From positions 2,731,797 to 2,764,796 of the forward strand of contig CM121342.1 in NCBI GenBank assembly GCA_051530055.1: a stretch of DNA of 33,000 bases, read 5' to 3'. This document shows, one piece after another, positions 1 to 9,400 of this stretch. Numbering within the stretch: position 1 is the stretch's first letter; each line of letters begins with the position of its first letter. Position numbers and translations under genes: made by a program. The notes beneath the pieces are model-generated. The model was not told where the DNA came from, searched no databases, and saw nothing but the letters and a program-made list of their open reading frames with translations. Origin of the DNA: Neoechinorhynchus agilis. Taxonomy: Eukaryota; Animalia; Acanthocephala.

Positions 1-2327
1 ATCACAAATTGGAAATCGAGGTTCGAGATAAAAATGTTCCACCCAAAGAAGACGATCGAAAGAAGACGACAGTTGCAGACGAGACTGCAAAAATCACTGC
101 AGAAGATATTCGACTAAAGAGAAAACAGCGAATTCTTGATGACTTTAGAAAAGACGACGAAGAGTATGAAGAATTTTCAAAGCTGTTTAATAAGATAAAG
201 AAACCTGAAAGGATTGCCAAGGAGGATTTAGAGGATTCAGAAGCTTCTCCCAAACTTTTAACGAATTTCTCGCCTAATTTGCTTAGTACAAGCCACCATG
301 CAACCTTAACAGAATATACGGCTTTTAGTCGGAACGATATCGAAGAACGAAATGAGCATCGAAAGTCGCCTGAAGATCGCTGTGGTAATGGCGCTGGAAA
401 AACCGAAGTAAAATTCTCCAAATATTTGGATGGAAATTGCTCACAAAAGAAAACGAACCAAGTGATTGATCTCGAGCCAATGGACACTAAGGAATACGAC
501 GAAAGAGGAGAGAAATTAAAAGAAAGTCGAAAAATGGAAACAATGTTCAACATGAAAACACAGACCGAGAAAGCAAAATCTAAGAAAATTGCTGAGGTTT
601 TAAAGAATTTAACAAAAATCCAAGATGCGATATTTAAGGACGTTCCAAGCGGACATTCAACGGTTTCTAAACAAGGCGGTCCTCAAAACGAGGAAAGAGA
701 ATTATCAAAATTATCGAAGGAGTACCTTATATATCTCTCAAAAAAGGAGAAAAGCGAAATGACCGATCAAGAGCGCTGTGATTATTACCAATTCAAACGA
801 GAGCACAAGGCTCGTAAGGAAAAGAAGCGACTTTTGATGGAAACAATGATGAAGCTCAGAAGCGCGGCCGAAAAGGCTGAAAAATATAACCCTAAACGTA
901 ATCGGAAAACGGAATCAAAAATGAAAATACAATCAAAACGAACAAAACTCGATGCCGTTAATGAGGATTCAGTACGTTTTTCGAAAAACGAGCTGTGTGG
1001 TTATCAGCTCGAACGAAGTGAGCACGAAAGGTCGTCTAAATATTGCTGCAGTGCCAATGAAAAAGAAGATGAAGAAATATTCTCGGAATATTTTGATGCA
1101 AATCCATCACAAAAGGACATAAACAAAGTGGCCGGTTTTGAGCCCAAGGGCACTAAGGAATACGTTGAATGGGAAGAAAAATCAAAAAAAAGTCACGATA
1201 TGGAAACAAAATCCGACATGAGAACACAGGCAAAAAAAGCAAAAACTGAGAAAATTGCTGAGGTTTCAAAGAATTCACCTAAAAACCAAGATTTAGGATT
1301 TGATGGCGTTTTAACTGAGTGATCTCCAAAAGTGCTTCAAGGACCGTAGTGCTCAAAACGAGGAAAGAGCATCATCAAAATTATCGAAGGAATACCTTGT
1401 ATATCTCTCAAAAAAGGGAGAAAAAGGAAAAAATGACCGACCAAGAGCGCAGTGATTATTACCAATTCAAACGAGAGCACAAGGCTCGTAAGGAAAAGAA
1501 GCGCGACTTTGATGGAAACGACGTTGAAGTTGAGAAGCGCGGCCGAAAAGGTTGGAAAATTTAATGGAAAACGCAATCGGGAAGCGGAACCGAATACTGA
1601 AATGCAATCCAAACGAACAAAACTACATAAAGACAAAAACGAGATGACTGATCAGGAGCACAGGGTCTTTAATTATTACAAAAGGAAACTCACTGATCGC
1701 AATAAAGATGTTCCACTCAAACAAGTCGATCAGAAGAAGATGAAAGTTGAAGATAGCGAGACTTCAAGAATTTCAGCGGAAGATCTTCGACAGAAGAGAA
1801 GACAACGAATTCTTGATGATTTCAGGAAAGACGACGAAGTGTATGAAGAATTTTCTAAGGTTTTTGAACAGATAAAGAAAATACCAAGGACTGCCAAGGA
1901 TGAGTTAAAGAATCAACCCACTATACCAAAAACTGCAACGGAGTTATCGCAAAATCCGCTTGGTACAAACGACCCTGCAACCTTAACGGAATGCACAGCT
2001 TTTAGCCGGAACGATATTGGCGCTCCATACAAATGCATTTATCCGTTTCTTGGTTTGTTCCGTGCAATACCGAACGTTTTGTATGGGGGATACGAAAGCT
2101 TTGATGATTTTTTTAAGGACTTCGGTACTGATATGAGGTTCAAAAGAAGAATGCGAAGGCAACTTGGCACTCGATATCGGACTGAGGAAATCGATGCTTA
2201 CTTTGAGCAGATAAGAATTGAAAGTGAACTACGAGAAGGTTGGACGTATAGACCATCAACGGTGGGAGTCCCTTTTGGATGCAAAAAGCAGTCATCAAGA
2301 ACAGCGGCATTATGGAAAAAGGATTAA
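1..2327 (+). CDS. Lys/Glu-rich modular protein, copy A (5' end outside window; apparent frameshifts at ~1319-1520)
   Basis: ORFs 9..1322 and 1452..2327 together match copy B. Nt 1-2324 align with 6599-8913 with only scattered substitutions. Clustered small indels at 1319-1520 break the frame. Stop TAA at 2325-2327. No known family recognised. Confidence 0.6.
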
Positions 2328-2339
2328 ACGGCATATTAA

Positions 2340-2900
2340 CCTCAATTTTGTTTCTAAAGAGAAGTTTGCTTTCGAATTAAAACATCATAATTCGTGGCTG
2401 TATTTGTCCATTAAGGAAAACCTTAGCAATGAATTTAGTAATTGTTTGGTTAGACTCCCAAAATTTTGTTTTCTGAACAGAATGTTGTTTCGAAATTAAA
2501 AGATCCAACATCGTGGCGAAATGTGAAAAATTAGGTTAACGCCATGACACTAATTTTATCATCTTTTGGCTTAAATTCCTCTGAATTATGTTTCCAAAGG
2601 GAATGTTGTTTCATAATTCAAACATCCTAAATCGTGGTGTTATTTGTCAACTAAATGAAATTCTCAGCATCTATTTTGTGATCTTTTGGCCTTGATTCGC
2701 TTTGACTATGTTTCTTATAAGAAAGATGTTGCAAAATTCAAATATTATAATTCGTTGCGTTATTTGTAAAATTAGGGAAATCCTTAGCATTGAGTATATG
2801 ATATTTTGGCTTCGATTCTGCTTTATTTAGATTCGTACGAGAAAGTTATTTCGAAATTAGGAGATCATAAATCGTGGCATTATTAGTAGAATTACGGAGA
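2340..2900. repeat. Diverged ~120-bp tandem repeat, about 5 units
   Basis: The anchor TCGT(G/T)G recurs at 2392, 2511, 2632, 2752 and 2872. Four of the five are followed by tatt(t/a)gt, and ttttggc and tgtt blocks recur at the same spacing. Confidence 0.75.
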
Positions 2901-2920
2901 TTAATGTTTTGATATAAATC

Positions 2921-3730
2921 ATCAATGATGTTTGTCTAAAACTTTAAAGACGCATTATTCGGGAAGCTAGCGAAAATCTGAAAACAGATCTCAAATCGGC
3001 GGATTGAGATGTACTACATGGACATTCTTAATTTTTGCTGGGGGCCTTATTTACCTTGTAAATAACGAGTGTTCATTTCGTCTAAAGTCCCAAACATGAA
3101 TAGTCATTGAATTTGCAATAATGTGAAAAATTTTCTAATGCCGATTAACGAACCCACCAGAAATATCCAGAATCGCTCAAAAGGTTTAATTGCGTTATTG
3201 ATTATATTCGAGTGCCCTTTATGAACACATATAATAAAACTAATATTATAGACAAAGATAACAGCCAAAAATTGTATATGCAGCTTAAATCAGCTTTGGA
3301 AGTTTATCAAAAAAATTTAGTTTTATTTGAAATTGATGCTTTTTAGTAGAAACCATCAATGATATTTGTCTAACAATTTAAGGGCACGTAACTTACGATC
3401 TATGGAAGCTATCAGAAATCTGAAAACAGATTTGAAATTGGCGCGTCTCGATGTAGTAAAACGAACTTTCCAATCTATAATTGGTGTCTTGTTCACCTTG
3501 TTAACCACGAGTCTTTATTTCGTTTACAGTCCAAATGTTAATAGTCATGAATTTGCAATAACATGGAAAATTGGATAACACCAATTAAATTACCGATTCA
3601 GAAATACCAATAGTGGATTGTTATATCTTAGCGGATTAATTGCTCAGGCGGAAAAGGTAGAAGCTGAAATCAGCTTTAAAAGTTGATCAAGACGTTCTAA
3701 GTCGATTTGCGATCGACTGATATTTAGATA
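2921..3730. repeat. Old diverged tandem duplication (offset ~434 bp)
   Basis: atcaatgat.tttgtctaa at 2921 and 3355. Shared blocks include aatctgaaaacagat, atagtcat(t)gaatttgcaata and aaatcagcttt. Confidence 0.7.
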
Positions 3731-3967
3731 TTAATAACTGAAGAATGTTTTATCCAAAAGTAAAACATAACCAATACACCAAATAGTTCGAAAATCGGAG
3801 TCATGCAAAAGAGTTCTGAATTGCAATCAAATAAAGAAATCGAGCTTAAACACGTTCAGTAATTTAGCCACCTTTACATAATTAAAACATGAATCGGCAT
3901 GCGTCACAGGGTTCTCGTGAACACTCGAGTTTCTATAGGTTTCTTGAATGTGGCTGTTTATTTCGCA

Positions 3968-5025
3968 GTGGATGACGAGTCCCGGAGAGTTGGGCAAACC
4001 AAGGAATGCGTCAATGGAAGAGAAAATTTTAAAGAAAGTCGTAATATGGAAACAAAATCACACATGAAAAAACACAGGTCGTGAAAACGAAAATTGAGAA
4101 AATTGCTGAGGTTTCCAAGGATTCACCTAAAAAACAACATTTTGGATTTGATGGCCCTCGAAGAGAGGATTCAGAGCTGTCTAAAGACCATAGTGCTAAA
4201 AACGATGAAAGAGCATTATTAAAATTTTCCCAGGAATATCAAGTATATTTCTCAAAAAAGGACAAAAACCAAATGATGTATCAAGAGCGAAATGATTATT
4301 CCCAATACAAACGGCAGCATAATAGCCGCAAGGAAAAGGAGCGACTTTTAATGGAAACGAAAATGAAGCTCAGAAGCGAGGCCGAAAAATACCATGGAAA
4401 ACGCAATCGGGAAACGGAACCGAATATTGAAATAAAGTCCAAACGAACAAAACTCCACACCGTTACCGAGTACTCAAAACAATTGTCGAAAAACGAGCTT
4501 GGTGGTTATCGGCTCCAACAAATTGAGCGTTTTAAATCGTCCGAAGATAACAGCAACCTTAGTGATAGCGGGGCCAACGAAATATTTTCAAATGACTATA
4601 TTAGATATCTCACACATAAGGACAAAAACGAAATGACTGATCAGGGGCGCAGGGTCTTTAATGAATACAAAAGGAAACTCACTGATCGCAATCAAGATGT
4701 TACACTCAAACAAGTCAATCGGAAGAAGATGAAAGTTGAAAAAGTGACCGATACTTCAAAAATTTCAGCAGAAGATATTCGACAGAAGAGAAAACAACGA
4801 ATTCTTGATGACTTCAGAAAAGACGACGAAGTGTACGAAGAATTTTCTAAGGTTTTTGAACAGATAAAGAAAATACCAAGGACTGCCAAGGAGGAGTTAA
4901 AGTATCCACTCGCTTTACCCGAAAATGTAACGGATTTCTCACCAAATCGTTACTGGCGAATCATTATAAGTTTTAAACAATCTAAAATGATGTACAAGCA
5001 ACGAGCATGGATGTTCATAAGATAA
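3968..5025 (+). pseudogene. Diverged paralog C of the Lys/Glu-rich family (frameshift in an A-run near 4065-4072)
   Basis: ORF 4081..5025 carries the family motifs KIAEVSK, KRLLMETKMKLRS, DKNEMTDQGR and RILDDFRKDDEVYEEFSKVFEQIKK. ORF 3899..4084 supplies the upstream KES..MET motif in another frame. Homology ends at ~4948. Confidence 0.6.
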
Positions 5026-5759
5026 TGTATTTTTGCGCCATTGGAATGTTTATGAAGATATTATCTAAAAATTGATAAAAACGCATTTCTTCTCAATTGT
5101 ATTCAGAAAAAATAGTCAGCGTTTTTTTAACATTTAGACTTCTTTTAAGCTACCGCTAAACATGTAACTGAACAAAATTCCTAATTTTCTAAACTTCATG
5201 GACGTTATCGCAAAAGGAAAATCTATCCTTGAAAAATTTAAAAACCCTTGAAATTTCTACTAGGCCCTTAATTTAGCCGTAAGTGGCTGCTTCGTTATTT
5301 ATCCGAAAAGCGAACCGCGCGAAACGATAAACGAGCGAGTACTTTCATTGTTCAACATAAACAAAAATAATTGTCGATTTGGCTTTCGGTATTATCAAGG
5401 AGATTGTGATAACTGCCTAAATCGGTACAAAATTACTTTTTAGGTGATTTAAAGGCAGCGTCAGAATTATCGGCTTTGTCGGGTATTTAAATAATATTTC
5501 TCAACTGTTACATGCCCTACGTTTTGATGATCATTCAGCGCTTTGGGAAACCGTACGCCTAAGAATACGTTTCTCCGTACATGCGAAAATTTTAATATCC
5601 CTTTAAAAGCTTTACAAAATTCGACAACATTGATTTGATCCTGAAATCTTATTAGAAATTTTGCTCTCAGACTCCGGAAAACTGTTTTCGAACACTTCTA
5701 ATGCAGCTGTAAAATATTTTAAATCAATGAAAACAAAATCGAACACATAATTAAGTTCA

Positions 5760-6125
5760 AATAACAAAATCTAAGAAAATGCTGATGCCTCATTGAAATT
5801 TCTCAAAAAGACAAAGATCCGGGAAATGAGCTGCTTTTTAAAATGCAGCCTGACGTTTATAAAACCTCACATTGAAAAAATATTACATTTTAATCTCGGA
5901 CGAAGTGAGCACAAAAAGCCGCGCAAATATATTAGTAGCTATACCAAATTAAGCGCAACTTCAATGCGAATGGCTCATCAAAAGACCAAAAAGATCAATC
6001 AGATTTCAATCGCCAGGACTATAAAATATACGTCGACGGAGCAGATAAATTCAAAAGGAAATTCAACAGGGAAATAAGGTCGAACCAACCTAAAAACGAA
6101 GTTCCAGAAAGCAAAATCTAAGAAA
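5760..6125 (+). pseudogene. Degenerate relic D of the Lys/Glu-rich family
   Basis: aaaatctaagaaa at 5766 and 6112. GRSEHKK resembles ERSEHER. KRNFNANGSSK...KIYVDGADKFK resembles EYFDANPSQK...KEYVEGEEKSK, with frameshifts. Confidence 0.5.
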
Positions 6126-6420
6126 GAGGTCTCTTTGGAATAATGAATGTAAAATATTCACAATTGATGATTAGCATCAGACCATAGAATTAGTAGTACT
6201 CACCACGGTTTTGACTTTCTCTATGAACCTGATTTTCTGGTTTATCAAAAAATTCGAGCAGTTTCGCAACTCCTTTCAAATATTTATTGCTATTCCTATT
6301 GATAGTATACTAAAATGATTTGTAATTTGTATAGCCGTATATTTGTTATTAGAACTAAAGGATTTCGGTTGATTTGACATCGTTCTTATTCGATAAAGGA
6401 GTGCAGATTATAACTATAGA

Positions 6421-8970
6421 ATGAAACTAACCTCCAACTATTCACTAACCATGATCAAAAAATTTGCCGACACAAAGAAATCGAAGACCGATAATCTATA
6501 TTCCGAAATCTCAGATACCGAAGGAAAAACAAACGAAATATCTTCAGTACAAAACGACAAAAACGAAATGACTGGTCAGCAGCGAAAGGACTATGACCAT
6601 CACAAATTGGAAATCGAGGTTCGGGATAAAAATGTTCTACTCAAAGAAGACGATCGAAAGAAGACGACAGTTGCAGACGAGACTGCAAAAATCACTGCAG
6701 AAGATATTCGACTTAAGAGAAAACAGCGAATTCTTGATGACTTTAGAAAAGACGACGAAGAGTATGAAGAATTTTCAAAGCTGTTTAATAAGATAAAGAA
6801 ACTTGAAAGGATTGCCAAGGAGGATTTAGAGGATTCAGAAGCTTCTCCCAAACTTTTAACGAATTTCTCGCCTAATTTGCATAGTACAAGCGACCATGCA
6901 ACCTTAACAGAATGTACGGCTTTTAGTCGGAACGATATTGAAGAACGAAATGAGCATCGAAAGTCGCCTGAAGATCGCTGTGGTAATGGCGCTGGAAAAA
7001 CCGAAGTAAAATTCTTCAAATATTTGGATGGAAATTGCTCACAAAAGAAAACGAACCAAGTGATTGATCTCGAGCCAATGGACACTAAGGAATACGACGA
7101 AAGAGGAGAGAAATTAAAAGAAAGTCGAAAAATGGAAACAATGTTCAACATGAAAACACAGACCGAGAAAGCAAAATCTAAGAAAATTGCTGAGGTTTTA
7201 AAGAATTTAACAAAAATCCAAGATGCGATATTTAAGGACGTTCCAAGCGGACATTCAACGGTTTCTAAACAAGGCGGTCCTCAAAACGAGGAAAGAGAAT
7301 TATCAAAATTATCGAAGGAGTACCTTATATATCTCTCAAAAAAGGAGAAAAGCGAAATGACCGATCAAGAGCGCTGTGATTATTACCAATTCAAACGAGA
7401 GCACAAGGCTCGTAAGGAAAAGAAGCGACTTTTGATGGAAACAATGATGAAGCTCAGAAGCGCGGCCGAAAAGGCTGAAAAATATAACCCTAAACGTAAT
7501 CGGAAAACTGAATCAAAAATGAGAATACAATCAAAACGAACAAAACTCGATGCCGTTAATGAGGATTCAGTACATTTTTCGAAAAACGAGCTTTGTGGTT
7601 ATCAGCTCGAACGAAGTGAGCACGAAAGGTCGTCTAAATATTGCTGCAGTGCCAATGAAAAAGAAGATGAAGAAATATTCTCGGAATATTTTGATGCAAA
7701 TCCATCACAAAAGGACATAAACAAAGTGGCCGGTTTTGAGCCCAAGGGCACTAAGGAATACGTCGAAGGGGAAGAAAAATCAAAAGAAAGTCACGATATG
7801 GAAACAAAATCCGACATGAGAACACAGGCAAAAAAAGCAAAAACTGAGAAAATTGCTGAGGTTTCAAAGAATTCACCTAAAAACCAAGATTTAGGATTTG
7901 ATGGCGTTTTAACTGAGGATTCAAAAGTGCCTAAGGACCGTAGTGCTCAAAACGAGGAAAGAGCATCATCAAAATTATCGAAGGAATACCTTGTATATCT
8001 CTCAAAAAAGGAGAAAAGCGAAATGACCGATCAAGAGCGCAGTGATTATTACCAATTCAAACGAGAGCACAAGGCTCGTAAGGAAAAGAAGCGACTTTTG
8101 ATGGAAACGACGTTGAAGTTGAGAAGCGCGGCCGAAAAGGTTGAAAAATTTAATGGAAAACGCAATCGGGAAGCGGAACCGAATACTGAAATGCAATCCA
8201 AACGAACAAAACTGCATAAAGACAAAAACGAGATGACTGATCAGGAGCACAGGGTCTTTAATTATTACAAAAGGAAACTCACTGATCGCAATAAAGATGT
8301 TCCACTCAAACAAGTCGATCAGAAGAAGATGAAAGTTGAAGATAGCGAGACTTCAAGAATTTCAGCGGAAGATCTTCGACAGAAGAGAAGACAACGAATT
8401 CTTGATGATTTCAGGAAAGACGACGAAGTGTATGAAGAATTTTCTAAGGTTTTTGAACAGATAAAGAAAATACCAAGGACTGCCAAGGATGAGTTAAAGA
8501 ATCAACCCACTATACCAAAAACTGCAACGGAGTTATCGCAAAATCCGCTTGGTACAAACGACCCTGCAACCTTAACGGAATGCACAGCGTTTAGCCGGAA
8601 CGATATTGGCGCTCCATACAAATGCATTTATCCGTTTCTTGGTTTGTTCCGTCCAATACCGAACGTTTTGTATGGGGGATACGAAAGCTTTGATGATTTT
8701 TTTAAGGACTTCGGTACTGATATGAGGTTCAAAAGAAGAATGCGAAGGCAACTTGGCACTCGATATCGGACTGAGGAAATCGATGCTTACTTTGAGCAGA
8801 TAAGAATTGAAAGTGAGCTACGAGAAGGTTGGACGTATAGACCATCAACGGTGGGAGTCCCTTTTGGATGCAAAAAGCAGTCATCAAGAACAGCGGCATT
8901 ATGGAAAAAGGATGGTCATGCTTTCGACATAATCCAGTATGAGTTTGTCAATTTTATTTGTCCTGTCTGA
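6421..8970 (+). CDS. Lys/Glu-rich modular protein, copy B (849 aa, X-Y-Y-X internal repeats)
   Basis: Uninterrupted 849-aa ORF with internal repeats at offsets 666 nt and 1665 nt. AATAAA at 8974-8979 directly follows the stop. True start and any upstream exons are uncertain. Confidence 0.75.
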   Translation: MKLTSNYSLTMIKKFADTKKSKTDNLYSEISDTEGKTNEISSVQNDKNEMTGQQRKDYDHHKLEIEVRDKNVLLKEDDRKKTTVADETAKITAEDIRLKRKQRILDDFRKDDEEYEEFSKLFNKIKKLERIAKEDLEDSEASPKLLTNFSPNLHSTSDHATLTECTAFSRNDIEERNEHRKSPEDRCGNGAGKTEVKFFKYLDGNCSQKKTNQVIDLEPMDTKEYDERGEKLKESRKMETMFNMKTQTEKAKSKKIAEVLKNLTKIQDAIFKDVPSGHSTVSKQGGPQNEERELSKLSKEYLIYLSKKEKSEMTDQERCDYYQFKREHKARKEKKRLLMETMMKLRSAAEKAEKYNPKRNRKTESKMRIQSKRTKLDAVNEDSVHFSKNELCGYQLERSEHERSSKYCCSANEKEDEEIFSEYFDANPSQKDINKVAGFEPKGTKEYVEGEEKSKESHDMETKSDMRTQAKKAKTEKIAEVSKNSPKNQDLGFDGVLTEDSKVPKDRSAQNEERASSKLSKEYLVYLSKKEKSEMTDQERSDYYQFKREHKARKEKKRLLMETTLKLRSAAEKVEKFNGKRNREAEPNTEMQSKRTKLHKDKNEMTDQEHRVFNYYKRKLTDRNKDVPLKQVDQKKMKVEDSETSRISAEDLRQKRRQRILDDFRKDDEVYEEFSKVFEQIKKIPRTAKDELKNQPTIPKTATELSQNPLGTNDPATLTECTAFSRNDIGAPYKCIYPFLGLFRPIPNVLYGGYESFDDFFKDFGTDMRFKRRMRRQLGTRYRTEEIDAYFEQIRIESELREGWTYRPSTVGVPFGCKKQSSRTAALWKKDGHAFDIIQYEFVNFICPV

Positions 8971-9045
8971 ATTAATAAACCTAAATTTATAATTGTTGAC
9001 AACTGCATAATCAAGAGCTTTTAAACCTAAACATTACTGATCTCA

Positions 9046-9400
9046 CGTCCAGGCTGGTGGGAAGGTTGTTGGTTATTGGTGTAGGAGAGTTTTGGGTCTC
9101 TCCTGATGTTGTGGTGGTCGGATTGAGGTGCGTTTTGATTGTTTGATCAAAATCTTATAAAGCAAGTCGGGGAAAAGAAGTTGAGCGATACGAAGAATAT
9201 TGTGGCGGTGGTGTGCATATGAATCGAAAGGCTCTGTAGCAGGGGATTCAGATATTCCAGTAATAAAAATGTTGCGATTTATGTTTTCGAGGGAGGAATG
9301 TATGACACGATGGATCGAAATATGATCGGCAATGAATGATCAACGGGGAAAAAGGGGTAGAACGACAGAAATGAATCGTATGGTTGATTGCGATGGTATT
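9046..9400 (-). mobile_element. Inverted fragment of a non-LTR retrotransposon ORF1
   Basis: A stop-free minus-strand stretch (9339-9076) reads SLENINRNIFITGISES, resembling the LE...R.NIII.GIPES motif of L1/CR1/L2-type ORF1 proteins. It is C-rich on the minus strand, like the sense strands of the neighbouring LINEs. Confidence 0.55.

Noticed and set aside
2-553. Antisense ORFs 2..553, 1337..1636, 4692..4889, 6600..7151 and 8002..8313
   Set aside because: These are Ser/Phe/Leu-rich shadows of the K/E-rich sense strand and repeat only because the sense genes repeat.
1319-1520. Programmed frameshifting or true pseudogenisation of copy A
   Set aside because: Many small indels, several in homopolymers, cluster in 200 nt while the rest matches copy B without indels. 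This looks like a locally unpolished long-read stretch and needs a raw-read check.
5951-5980. Match to 18S rRNA (TGCGAATGGCTCAT), or a C/D snoRNA reading of the reverse strand (TGATGA...TTGA)
   Set aside because: Only 14 nt match, with no flanking rRNA similarity. The putative C box overlaps the guide, and the sequence is explained by K/E-family homology.
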